Shown here: positions 1 through 14,438 of the stretch, one piece after another
Layout of the letters: every line of letters starts with the position of its first letter
Numbering within the stretch: position 1 is the first letter of the stretch
Assembly (NCBI RefSeq): GCF_009914755.1
Contig: NC_060925.1
Source: the human T2T-CHM13v2.0 reference genome, Homo sapiens
Length of the DNA: 64,000 nucleotides
Strand: one strand, 5' to 3'
Notes under the pieces: generated by a model
Told to the model about the DNA's origin: nothing
Seen by the model: the letters and a program-made list of their open reading frames with translations, nothing else
The model's database searches: none
Made by a program: the position numbers and the translations under genes

Positions 1-2250
<2,250 letters not shown>

Positions 2251-3513
2251 ATAAAACAATGTAAATGTGTTTCAGACATTTCAATGACAGTCTGAATAGT
2301 CTTTTCCATGATGAAAGAAAAACTAGATGCAAAGTATGAAGAGATTATCAAAAGATACCAACCTAAAAATAGAAATGTCATGACAACTGAATTGCTCTAG
2401 GGAAAGTTTGCAATTTTTTCAAAAAGTAACATCATCTAACATGTTAATTTATTCTCCTTATCAAATAGGTTTATAATATAAACAAAGGCAAAAAAAATGT
2501 TTCATGACATTAATCTGTCTTAGCTAGGGTTTCATAAATTTTTCATTAACTATAAATAGGGCCGGCCAAATTGTTCAGAAGATGCAAAAAAGCATCTATC
2601 ACCACTTGTAGAAAAAGTTCAAATGTAATGGTCTTCTGACTGGATCATAGAAATCATTTTAACATGCAATATGCATCATATTGGGAAACTTGGTGGAACT
2701 TAGGTGTCAAAACAAAAAAAAAACAAGTTAGAAGAGCATAACAATAAGAACAGAAAAAATTATATAAATTGGATAAGGCCATAAGAAACACAGAGGGGAT
2801 AATTATAAAAGTTGTATAGCACCACCCACTAGACCAAAAAAAAAAAAAAGTCTAGCTGCTACTGGCAAGCTATGAAACACAATGAAGAAACATATTTTCC
2901 AACATACTCATATGCATGAAAGACAATAACACTATCCCATCTGTGGTCTGTTATGTCATATTGCAATGTCGTAGTTATTCTGGGTTTGGAGAGGGCTCCC
3001 TCAACAGATGTACCTACAACCTGTCCCACAACACATTCTCCTGAGGTAGAAGAAGTACATTAGAGCTCAAATGACATTATTTTTCATATACAGCCATACA
3101 CTGGAAAAGAAACAACAGATTGAAGTGAGTGGAAATGGAGATGTTAGTAGGTGATGAGGACCCCAAGAATCACAAATTAACATTTATTAATCATAAAGCA
3201 TAATATAATGTAATCGGTTATAATATATTGATTGTACCTGACAACTGTGGACATTTTTATAGTTTTCAAAGCGTTTCCAACTCCTTCATTAGATTCACTC
3301 TCACCTAAAAAGCAAAGCTGAGCATTTTACAAATAACGCAAAGAAGGCTTAGAGAGTTCAATTATGCTTCTGATACTCGAGTAGGAGTACCCATGTATGA
3401 GGAATGATGCCAGTGGGAAATGCAATGCCATATGAGGAAAACGGAAAGATGAAGGATTTTCTTGGAGCTTTAATTCTGCATCAATACAGATAGAATCTTG
3501 TCTGGTTCAAGGG

Positions 3514-3532
3514 GTGTGTGTGTGTGTGTGTG
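3514..3532. repeat. (TG)n microsatellite
   Basis: Direct reading. Confidence 0.9.
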
Positions 3533-3699
3533 TTTATTATATCATGAAATATAATTTATTGTTTAATAATAAATACATATGTATCACAATTCCAACTATT
3601 ATATATATATATATTCCAACATATACATATATATTTCTCCAATTCCATCACGAGCTCCCAAGTCGAAGCAGCATCGTCTCCTAAAGCAGAGCCTTGTTA

Positions 3700-4308
3700 A
3701 TCTCTTTCCTTCATTCTTGCTGCCTCCCATTTCAGTCTCTCTCCCATGTAGCAGGCAGAGTGATGTTCAACTTGTAAGTTAAATGAATGCACATCTCTGT
3801 TCGATATCATCCAATATCTTTCTATCTAACTCAGAGTCAAATCCAAAGTTCTTAAGATGACCTAAAGTTTTATACCGTATGGATCTCTAATAATGTTGTG
3901 ACCTCCGCTCCTATCCCTCAGTCCTCTCCAACCTCCAATTATGATCCTCCAATATATCCTGAATGTTCCCACCTCGGTACCTTGTCACCGTTCCCTCTAC
4001 CAAGGATACCCTTCCCCTCATATCCACGTGGTTCTCTACCTCACTTTATCTGAAATGCTTTCCCTGAGCCCCCTATCTAAATACTAGAAAGACAAACACA
4101 ATTCTTTAGTTTGTTTTATTTATATGACTTAGAACTATGTGAAACTATCATTTATCTGTATCTTATCCGTGTCAGTCTCCACTGCTAGAAATAAGCTCCA
4201 TGTGGGCAGGCCTTTGGTCTCTTTTGTTCACTGCTTTATCCTCAAAGCTTAAAATTATTCTTGAAACAAAATGGCGTTAAATAAATTTTTATTAAATGAA
4301 TGAGTGAC
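3700..4308 (+). mobile_element. L2 3' end
   Basis: ctagaaataagctccatgtgggcagg...ttgttcactgctttatcc...atgaatgagtga. Confidence 0.7.
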
Positions 4309-4369
4309 AAACAATAATAAAAATACAAAATAATAGTAATTATATCTCTTATTCTGCTTCTCACAACAA

Positions 4370-4500
4370 CACTCATCAGTAGAAATATTTAATCTCATTT
4401 TTACAGCCAAACAAATTCAGGCTCAGAAAAGTTAGGTTGTACACCCAACAGCTCAGAGCTCTATAGCTCAATTTTTACTCAGATTTGAATCTGATAGCAC
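4370..4500 (-). mobile_element. MIR fragment
   Basis: ctcatttttacag...ggctcagaaaagttagg...gatttgaatc resembles the reverse MIR core. Confidence 0.5.
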
Positions 4501-6798
4501 TGCCCCCTGTTTTCAAGTCATTTCTTTAAGCCCTGAGGTTCCTTGGAGGTTCCCTATGGGCTGCTGTCATCCTTAAGGGAAGGGCTAGCTGTGGGGTTTC
4601 AGGTTCCATTGCCGCCATTTCAATCAAGTGTCTGATTCTTCTTTAAGATATGAAGGCTTCATGTAAGATTTCATTTAAAGTACTTTTTTAAAGTATTGTT
4701 TCCAAGACCTATAGAAAGAGGTCATGTAGTATATGGCATTATATAGTGTGTGGTATAAAAATACATATAAATGAGTGATTTACTAGGTAATTGGCATGTT
4801 TATTTTGCACCCCCAATGAGGAAAAGAGTAAACTTTTTCTTCTTTGTTTTTCTTCCCCTCTAGTGAATGTTAATTGTGTAAAACACTGCACTTGGTGCTA
4901 TGGAATATGCAGAGTTGAATAAAACGTGCTCTCTTGAGTACTTATATACAAACTAGAAATGTAAAATAAATTGTTAGATATATCATTTACATTTTGTGAT
5001 ATATCTCAGAAGAATTTAACTTGAAATCAGGATATGGAAATCTTAACTTCCTAGAGCACAATCTGAAAGTCAAGGAAATTTAAGATTTTCAGAACTAAAA
5101 TATCTGATATATAATCAGTGCATGAGAGATCATATTTATACCTGGAAGAGGCCCTCATTGTGTCTGTTAGGGGCTGCTGATTCACACCTCACACACACTT
5201 GAAACATGTTTCTATCTTTTCTTCCTCCATTCTTTCCTTTCTTCCTTTTCCTTTTTCTAAGATTTCAGCATAATGGAAGAATACAATTAAAAGTGGGGAG
5301 AAGACAGCTAAATTAAGTTCCTACACAAGAGTGGAATATAAGAGCTGATAACCTGGTAATGAGAGAGCTGGAAAAAAAAAAACCTTGACCAATGAGCATC
5401 CATACCATCACAATACACAGAAAAATGTGTTCACATCTCTCTTTGCAGATAGGGAGTTAATAGTTAAAATAACATGTTTTACTAAGTGTTAGAATTTAAA
5501 TGGGAAATCTCAATATTTGACAATATCTTCACAAGACAACTTTTCTTGACCAATATAGATAAGTGAGATGTCATAGTTTTGTGGGCATGTAGGAGTGTGT
5601 ATATTCCACTAATAAATTCAGTCCTTCGATGAGCTATTTCAAATGAATAAAACAGTTTATTATACATAGATATAACATATAGCACTACATTATAAATCTT
5701 TCATGCATGATTTTATTACTTTTATTTTCATGTTTACTGGGTAACGTCGTAAAATAACGGCCCTGTTAAGGTAATTAATGTTGAATTACAGTGGAAATCC
5801 AATTGAATTACTTGTGACATTCACATTAATACTAAATGGGTTCACTGTGATTAATGCTGTTAAATAGATACTAGAGGAATTAATATTGATTAGACAATTA
5901 TTTTAAAGTGTTGCTGTTTATTGCAATTTATACCAACTTCTTTTTTGAGTAAACCTTCCTTTAGTGATGGCATTCAGTGCAAACTGTATTATCATCCAGG
6001 GAGCCTGAATGATGGGCATACAGTTTTGTGTTGTGTTGTGTGTTGTTTGTTGCATTTAAAATGGCAAAATATGAAACTTTCTTTTGCTCTGACCTCCTTA
6101 GTGATGGCCTACTTATGCTCCCTAAACATCCCAATGTTTTTTTAACAAGTTCTGAATCATTGCCTGTAACTTTTCCCAGATTCAGTGTGCCCCTGAATCC
6201 TATGTGTGGTTGCCTAAGATCTACCTGTTCCTTAAGGTCTGTCACGTTCAGTCACCCATTTGGCACCTTTTTAAACCACCCAGTTAAACTTAGTTACTGT
6301 ATAGTACTTTATAAGTGCTAGAACACTAGCACATCATTTGAGGTTTAGGATATGATACCCTAATATGATGTCCACATTTTAATATATACTTATATAAATA
6401 TATCACACATAAATATTTTCAACAATAGGTGTTTTTACATAACATGGTTTACTTTTATGGCAATTGTTAAACAATTTGTACTTATATTATATAGGCACAT
6501 TCAGATGAGTTCCCAAAAATGGTAGAAAATATTGATAGTTATTTCTGTTCTTGTCATTTATCTGTGAGACTGTCTTGTGGGAATGGGGAGAATGAGAATC
6601 AATTTAAGCTCCACCCTTCTGATCTTCAGAAAGAAAACTGTGAGGATCAAAAGTATATCTGAACCTCAGTATCTTTTGTGAAAATACGTAATAAGTCATG
6701 TTGTCAGGTAGTTACACAAGAATTGTACAGATCTTTTGAAAAATGAATTAAATAAAATAATTTGAAACTATTAATTAAACAACTATGGAAGCTAAAAC

Positions 6799-7103
6799 TT
6801 TTTTTTTTTTTTGAGACAGAGTCTCGCTCTGTTACCCAGCCTGGAGTGCAATGGCACGACCTCGGCTCACTGCAACCTCCACTTCCGAAGTTCAAGAGAT
6901 TCATCTGCCTCAGCTTCCTGAGTAGCTGAGATTACAGGCATGTGCCACCATGCCCGGCTAATTTTTTTTCTTTTTTTTTGGTATTAGTAGAGACGGGGTT
7001 TCTCCATGTTGTCCAGGCTGGTCTCGAACACTTGACCTGGTGATCCACCTGCCTCGGCTTCCCAAAGTGCTGGGATTACAGGTGTGAGCCACCACATCCA
7101 GCC
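6799..7103 (-). mobile_element. AluS
   Basis: poly(T)-gagacagagtctcgc...gagccaccacatccagcc; flanking ctaaaac(t/a)ttttt TSD. Confidence 0.95.
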
Positions 7104-7264
7104 ACTAAAACATTTTTATGTAGAAACAGCTGGTTATATATGTCAGATGAAATTTCTCTTCTCAATAAAACTTGTGAGCAAATTTTCTCCATCAGATCCT
7201 GATACCAGGGAAGGGTTTCCTGAATAGCATAAGGAGAGCATTGAGAGAGGCTTACCTTCTGTAG

Positions 7265-7716
7265 TCTATCAGTCAGAGTTCAAAAACAATTTTATGTATA
7301 CACATACATACACACACACATATATACACACATACAAATAACATAACACAAAAACACAACATATATACATGAACACATATATAAACATGTAGGCATATTT
7401 ACAGATACTATTTTTTTTAGGAATTATCTCATGTGGTTGTGAAATTTGTATGGTAGGCTAGCAGGCAGAAGTTGACACTTCAGGGTTGAAGCAGAATTTC
7501 TTCTCAGGAAAATCTCAGGGTTTTTTTCTTGAGGCCTTCAATTGATTGGATAAGGCCCACACATACCATTGAAGGGTAATCTTTACTGAAAGTGAACTGG
7601 ATTGTAGATTTTTGCCATATCTATAACATATCTAAACAGCAACATCTAAGTTACTGTGTAATGAATAACTGGGCACTGTAGCGTAGGTAAGTAGACAGAT
7701 AAAACTAAGCATCACA
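7265..7716 (-). mobile_element. MLT2 (ERVL) solo LTR with internal CA/TA repeat
   Basis: ggaattatctcatgtggttgtg, gccttcaattgattggataaggcccac, ending aaaactaagcatcaca (reverse of the TGTGA start). Confidence 0.7.
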
Positions 7717-7754
7717 CCTGAAATGGCAGTATATCTGGTTGGAATAGAAGTCTC

Positions 7755-7990
7755 TTCTTTTCTTTTCTTTTCTTTTCTTTTCTTTTCTTTTCTTTTCTTT
7801 TCTTTTCTTTCTTTTCTTTTGTTTTTTCTTTTCTTTCCTTTCCTTTTCTTTCCTTTTCTTTCTTCTTTCTCTCTTTCTCTCTTCTCTCTCTCTCCTGTCT
7901 CTCTCTTTTCCTTTCTTTCTTCTTTCTTCCTTCCTTCCTTTCTTCTTTCTCTCTCTCCTTCCTTCCTTCCTCCCTTCCTTTTCTTTATTT
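7755..7990. repeat. (TTTTC)n / CT-rich polypyrimidine tract
   Basis: ~235 bp almost purely C/T; gives rise to the spurious K/E/R- and F/S/L-rich ORFs. Confidence 0.95.
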
Positions 7991-9718
7991 TTATTTTGTT
8001 TTTCTTAATATTATGATTATCAGGGTTTTTTTCTGTTTTAACATGTTTTAATTTCTCATTTTTTAACATCCTTTTACAGAAGTTAAGATATTGATTTTGG
8101 TAACTTGGCTTTTGCCAATCGGGATACTTTTTCTTAGCAACAGATATGTATATTTTTCAAAATAATTAGTTGTCTGTCTTAGCAACTATTTTTTTCACTA
8201 TGGTCAATGATGCCTTGCTTTTTCTGCCATAAATAGTATATCATTCATTTCAAATATTGTAAAGAAAAGACAAGTTACTGTTTAACTTCCTTATCTCATT
8301 AACATCACAGCAAGTGCTGGTAATAATGGTAGATATGTATAATGATCAAATGATGAATAATCTGTATAAGAAACAGATAAGAGGTACTCTGATATTATGA
8401 ACGTGAGAATAATTTTGGGTACATAAGATAATTAAAACCAACAACTAATTGGCATTCTTTATAGTCATATTTGGGGCTTTAGATACTTTCTTATAAATAT
8501 TTGAAAGCCAGAGAACTTTGCTTACCAAAATATATTCTCAGGGAAAGCTTCATATGTAGACTGATTTGCATTTTTTATTGATTCTCTTTTTCTCCAGGCT
8601 TTAATAGATTTACTGAAATTAACTATGTTTCCCAACATCACAGAGTTGGTCTAGAAAATTTTGAAGTATTCTTATTGTTCTCAAAGGAAAAAATGCAATC
8701 ACTCACTCAAACGCTCTCTGCTTGTGTCCATGTATAATTCCTCAATTTAACTTCAAGAACTGTTTAGTGAATTTCCATAGATACCATGGTTTATTGCATT
8801 TTTCTAGCCAGGAGTATATTTAAACTGAAAGTAGTTTGTCTTGGTGTCACAACAGAAAACTGTTATTTCCCTTGTCTTTGCATGATCATGATGCAGTGAA
8901 TAAAAAGATTTTTAAAAAAGAGAGAACTATAAATGGCAAAACCCAGAAGGGAATGTCTTCAGGCCTTACACCATAATAGGAACATCTATATAAAGAAGCC
9001 ATTCAAAGATTATGCTCAATTTCGATAAAAATAACTAGCATTGCAAAGTGGAGAAAATTTGTAATACATCTCTAAAATTTGGATTATGTCATAAGTAATG
9101 GTTATAAAATATATAAAATCAGTATCAGTCTAGTCCACAAGAGAATAATATTTACAGCTTTTTTTAAAAAAGAATAAACTGAAGAACATTGAAGCGAGCC
9201 TGCTTCCTTTGAAAGCAGGATTCTTATCTCCAAAGCATAACTGCTTTTTCTGCAAATCTTATAATATCTTCTTCGGCACATGTGCAATAGCTGATCTTAA
9301 AAGATACATAGCATTATGTGGCTGAGTATCTTTGGGAAAAATCCAGCTCTTAAAGTTAAAATATAGTTTGAGGCTTATCAGGTGATATTTATGGCATATC
9401 TTGTTGGAGGGGGAAATTATCATTGCTTCCATTAGTGATTAGTGTACCAAAAGTTAAACCTTTTATGCCTTAAAGAATTCATTCTGTTATCATTAGCTTA
9501 TTATTATTTCATCCTCTTCCTTTAGTATTACCAGTACACTGACTGCTTTCATTTCATCAAGTTAATGCACTAGATGCTAGTGCGATATTTTCCCCCATTA
9601 TTGTGTAAACTAGAATTTTTCCTTAAACATCTTGGCAAGTGAGTGAAAATGAAAGTTTCTCTCATTTTCTGACTATTTCTTTCTTCAAGAATAGGTGAAT
9701 GAAGATTTGCACCATTTG

Positions 9719-9719
<1 letters not shown>

Positions 9720-9763
<44 letters not shown>
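9720..9763. repeat. (TTA)n microsatellite
   Basis: Direct reading, about 14 units. Confidence 0.95.
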
Positions 9764-9988
9764 TTGCTAAGTAGGCAAAGTTATGCTTTGCCAATAATGC
9801 ATATAATATCACTATTACAAAAACTTTTTTTTTGGAAGGGGCATGGTACAGACTATTCTGCTCCCTTTCCTATAAAAAAGTTGTCTCTGCCATGATGTGC
9901 CTCAAGACTTCTCACACATCTACAGTGAGACTGTATTCTTTATACAAAATTGGCTTTCCATCTTCCTTGAAAATTCTTATTCTGGAGT

Positions 9989-10145
9989 ATTTGACTTCAT
10001 TATTAATCATGTTTAGCCTTTTATAATTTTATTATTGGCAATAAATAACAGGACTGTGTTCAGGATAACAGGTAATATCACCCTCAAAATGACCATTGCA
10101 TGAAATGGTTGTTTTGTTACCTGGTATGTTGTTAAGTCACCTCGT
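9989..10145 (+). repeat. Donor copy of a 157-bp dispersed direct duplication (second copy 13302-13458)
   Basis: atttgacttcattattaatc...gttaagtcacct occurs twice, with 9 mismatches in 157 bp by manual count. Confidence 0.95.
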
Positions 10146-10329
10146 ATGAGGATATCCTTGCTAATTTTTCCAGTCCATTTCTTCTTTGGATAGATGTAAA
10201 AGTGGATTTTGTACATTTAGTTGTGTTTCTCATATAGTTTATAAACACGTGTAGCAATATTTAAAAAATAGAACCCACTGTCTAAAAACCTACGGTTGTT
10301 GACTTGGATTACATACATTTCTATTTTTC

Positions 10330-10817
10330 AAGTAAAATAACTCTCATTAACATAGCTTATGAGGCCTATCATTAACTGACTCCTGCCTCTGCCTTCAGTC
10401 TCTGCTCCCACCTTCACTCCCCACCCCCTATTCTGTGTTTTCCAGTCACATGGACTCACTTGCACTTCCCCAAGTCTCCAGGCTCTCCCTGCATTCTGGC
10501 CTGTGTATACACCATTCTTTCTGAGTGTAACATGCCTTTCCCTCCTTCTTTGGCAGTTTAATTCCTCTTCATTCTTAGCTGTAAGCATGGAAGTAGCTTC
10601 CTTAGAAGAGTGTTCTTTGTCCTCTCAAGTCCGGGTTAATTGAGTCACCTTGGTCTTTCAGGCCCCTTTTGTACCCACTTGGGTTATGGTACTAATCTCA
10701 TTAAACTGGAACTGCCCATGTGTCTTTATAGTTGGCCCCTCTATACTTAGCACCTAGCACAGGGCCACAGACATTATAGATAAGATGGGAAAGAATCGTT
10801 GATTGAATGAATGAATA
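10330..10817 (+). mobile_element. L2 3' end
   Basis: cttagcacctagcacaggg...gttgattgaatgaatgaata. Confidence 0.6.
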
Positions 10818-13003
10818 GTCTTTGTTTTGTAGTGTACTATAGTGCTACACACGTGAGCAGATAATGTCCTTTCGCTCTATCATTATAACAAAATACATTC
10901 TCATTTCCATCCACTTCTTAATTTGATGCGTTATCTAAAAGTATTTTGAAGCCATGGTTATGGGAGGTCACACCCTAGTCTATGCTGAGCGTTGATTTAA
11001 AAATACACTTAATAAAATGTGTTCAGAAACACATAGTAATATTTTTGGAAAGGTTTTTCTTCTCCTCTTTTATCCAATTAATGAAGCATTTGTATCCATG
11101 GTACCCCTGCTGTTAAGTGGTTAGCTTTCTTCTTTAGCTTTAATTAAGTGTCTTCAGTTAAAGAAGTCTTTTAAAATTTGTTTTTAATCACAAACAAGTG
11201 AAAAACGTCTAAATTCCTTTGAGGTATTTTTCTAAGTTTTCCGATTATATTTAAACAAAACAGGTAGTCGAAGCCTTGGCCCACTCTTTCTTGGACTTGG
11301 CCTCTTGAAATACTTCCTGAAATTTCTAGTCACCGTTTACCAGGAAGTACCTGACTGTAAAAACAGAGGGTTTCACATCTAAACATTTATTACGTGAAAG
11401 GAAACTGCTACTCACATTGAACTTAGCTATAATACTGTTAGCAGAAGTTAATCTGCAGAAGAAGCACTTCTAATTGGAGACTGAAAGCAATCTACAAAGA
11501 TGTTCACAAACTATTTCTGAGGGTAAATTGCTTTGTATTGCTCAATTTTGTATGTTTTCCCAACTTCATAAACATGGGGATTCTATAGTTCTTTCTTCCA
11601 AGAAAAAAAATCTAAATGAATACTATGGCATTGCTCTATTGCTTGCAAACTCTGAACTTCATGATCCTTCAGTGGATGCAAAGCAATTCTTGATCAATGA
11701 GTAATACCAAGTATTGAGATAAACAAAATATTCTGTGTGTTCTGCATTCTAACACTACTCAGGTAGAATGAGAAGCTTGAACATTACATTTTAAGATCAC
11801 TGACAATTGTGTATGATATTGACATGATAAATTAGTTTGTTTTTTTTTTTTTAAGAAATACACGGTTTCAAGTGAGACCATAACCAAGTTTTAATTATAT
11901 ATTTCCCTTGACTGTACCCAATACATACTCAAATCATATAAAATTATACAACAAAATGCTTAAGATGAATTTGGCTGTACCTTCAGATGAAAATAAATGA
12001 AAACTACCCAGATGTGGCTTCTAAATAGTCCATGTGTTCTCTGTTCTGGCAATGCCAATATCTTTTAGGAATTTATAATAGCATATTCCTTAAGTTAAAT
12101 ACTTCATGTTGTAAATTGTGCATCTAAAATTCATTATTCCACACTCAGATATATTTTTGCATCATTTATAACTGATCTCTTCTGAGAAGCTCTTATGTAT
12201 TTGATAAACCATGCACTTCGGTGGTTTATTTTATTTTCTATTTTTATAACTTTTTTTTCTCTGCTAATTGTCTTGAAATATTGGTTTATTCTTGCTTTCT
12301 TGACTTTCTTACTACTCTCTTCTCATTAATTGCTCCAATTTTTGGTTTTTGTTGTTTATCATCTTTAACCTTTCTAAAAATTTGGCCCTGTGGATCGTCC
12401 CTTGACCTCAATAACACTACTTTCTCTCGATTTTCTTATTTTACCTTACTGGCATTTCTTTGTTCATATTCTTCTGAATCGCAGAGATTCTCAGAGGTTT
12501 TATTCCACTTTCTTTTTTTGTCATGCTCTGATTCCATTTAGACTAGACCATCATTTAATCAAAAGAAATGTAGGAAATAATGTACGTTCACAGGGACAAG
12601 CCTGAAAAGTGTTAGGCAGGTTCCAGGCCCCAGCCATATTTCTGGACTCAGAATAGAACTGAGAAGTTCTATTTGGACTCAGAAGTCTCAATAGAGCATT
12701 ATAGTGCTCATCAGAAGCTAATCCAGAGACTCTGCTACAAAGACCTGACTAAAGCAATGTGGCATAGAGGAGAGTTAAGGACACATGCCATATTTGACAC
12801 CAAGCTGACAGCATTAACACTAATCTCAGATCCCATGCTAATACATATGAGATTATTACAGGCTGCCAACCATACTCAAGACTAATGCAAAATTTAAGCA
12901 GGGTTGAGTTTTCTGGCTGAAAATATAATAACATAGGGTCAGGATGATATAAAAGCTTAGACTTCTGCAAACGCACTCCATTTTGTCTATAACCTTTCAA
13001 GAT

Positions 13004-13690
13004 TGCTTTAGTTATCTATTACCATGTAACAAACCACTAACTCTTAGTGATAAAACAAAATAACTATTTTTAATCTCTCATTTTCCTGTGGTTTGACTTG
13101 AATCAGCTGGGTGGTTATTCTGCTCTATGTGATTTCAGCTGGCACTAAAATCATTGGGAGGCCCGACTGGACTGGAATATCAAAGACTCACTCTTGTGAC
13201 TAGTAGCTGGTGCTGGCACTCTGTGAGTAGCTCAGCTGGGTCTAACAATAAGAGTGTGACAGTTCCCTTCCACATGTTCTTTGATGGAGTGAGGCCTTCT
13301 CATTTGACTTCATTATTAATCATGTTTAGCCTTTTATAATTTTATCATTGGTAATAAATAACAGGACTGTGTTCAGGATAACAGGTAATATCACCCTCAA
13401 AACAACCATTGCATGAAACAGTTCTTTTGTCACCTGGTATGTTGTTAAGTCACCTTGTGACTTAACATATTGTTAAGTCATATTGTTCATATTGTGACTT
13501 AATGAAGTCAAATCAGCATGGCAGCTGGTTTTCAAGAGAAAGTGTTTTAAGAGTGCCAATGCAGAATCTGTAGATCTCTTCAGACGCAAGCTCAAAGTTA
13601 CAAAATGTAATTTTTTTGCTTCATTCTCAGACTTCATTTCTCAATGGAAGAAGTGATAAGAAATTTATAATCACCTTTAATCCACTATAT
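13004..13690 (-). mobile_element. MLT1 (MaLR) LTR interrupted by a templated insertion at ~13303-13513
   Basis: ttagttatctattaccatgtaacaaaccac...cttctca|cagcatggcagctgg...tttaatccactata. Confidence 0.7.
13302..13513 (+). repeat. Templated insertion: copy of 9989-10145 plus a fold-back junction
   Basis: 157-bp direct copy followed by 55 bp built from inverted and direct pieces of the same insert. Confidence 0.9.
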
Positions 13691-13846
13691 ATACATAGCA
13701 GAGAATTCAATATTCTGGGACTATCATCTAAACATTTTATTTTCATATTTTCAGATTGGACTAAATTATATAATAAAAACATTTTAGGGGGAGCCACATG
13801 ACACTGCTGAATTATTGTAATTTAAAATCATGTTGCTCTAATATAT

Positions 13847-13880
13847 ATGTGTGTGTATGTGTGTGTGTGTGTGTGTGTGT
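13847..13880. repeat. (TG)n microsatellite
   Basis: Direct reading. Confidence 0.9.
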
Positions 13881-14438
13881 ACATCTGCTACTTGTTATAA
13901 GTATGCTACACTTTCTTCTTTATTTTTGAATGTATGTTGGATCAATAGGTTGTGCTTCTTTCCAAAAATCATTTGTGCTGAATTTTTGGCAAAGCTAATT
14001 ATCACTGAGCTGACATTATCAAGTAAATGTTATGAATAATGTAAATTCACAGGGACAACCCTGAATATATATGCATTAACTATAATATATAATATAAATC
14101 AAATTTATTAGCTATCTTGTAAAATGCATTTTCTATCCTAATAGCTATAATTCTCAGAACACTGAAATATGAATAAGTTTTTCAAAGATGTCTAAAAAGA
14201 TAATGCAAAACAAAAATGAAGTTTATGTTTTTTAATTTTCAAGACTATGACATCTTTTGTTATCATTATTATATTACTATCATTTCTTCCTGCTTCATGC
14301 CTAATGTAATTATTTAATTAGTCATTTTAGACATTAAAGGGTATATAAATTTTAAATAACATGTAAAATACATTTCTATGGAAAGTACACAAATTCTTAA
14401 AAGATAAGGAAGAACTTTACATTTCCACAGATCATTTT

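Noticed and set aside
7632-8069. K/E/R-rich 145-aa and F/S/L-rich 97-aa ORFs
   Set aside because: Translations of a CT-rich simple repeat.
13302-13513. Novel MITE with 14-bp TIRs
   Set aside because: No TSD, the donor copy lacks the right-hand TIR, and the junction is a mosaic of internal pieces. Repair synthesis explains it better, unless a genome search finds more TIR-bounded copies.
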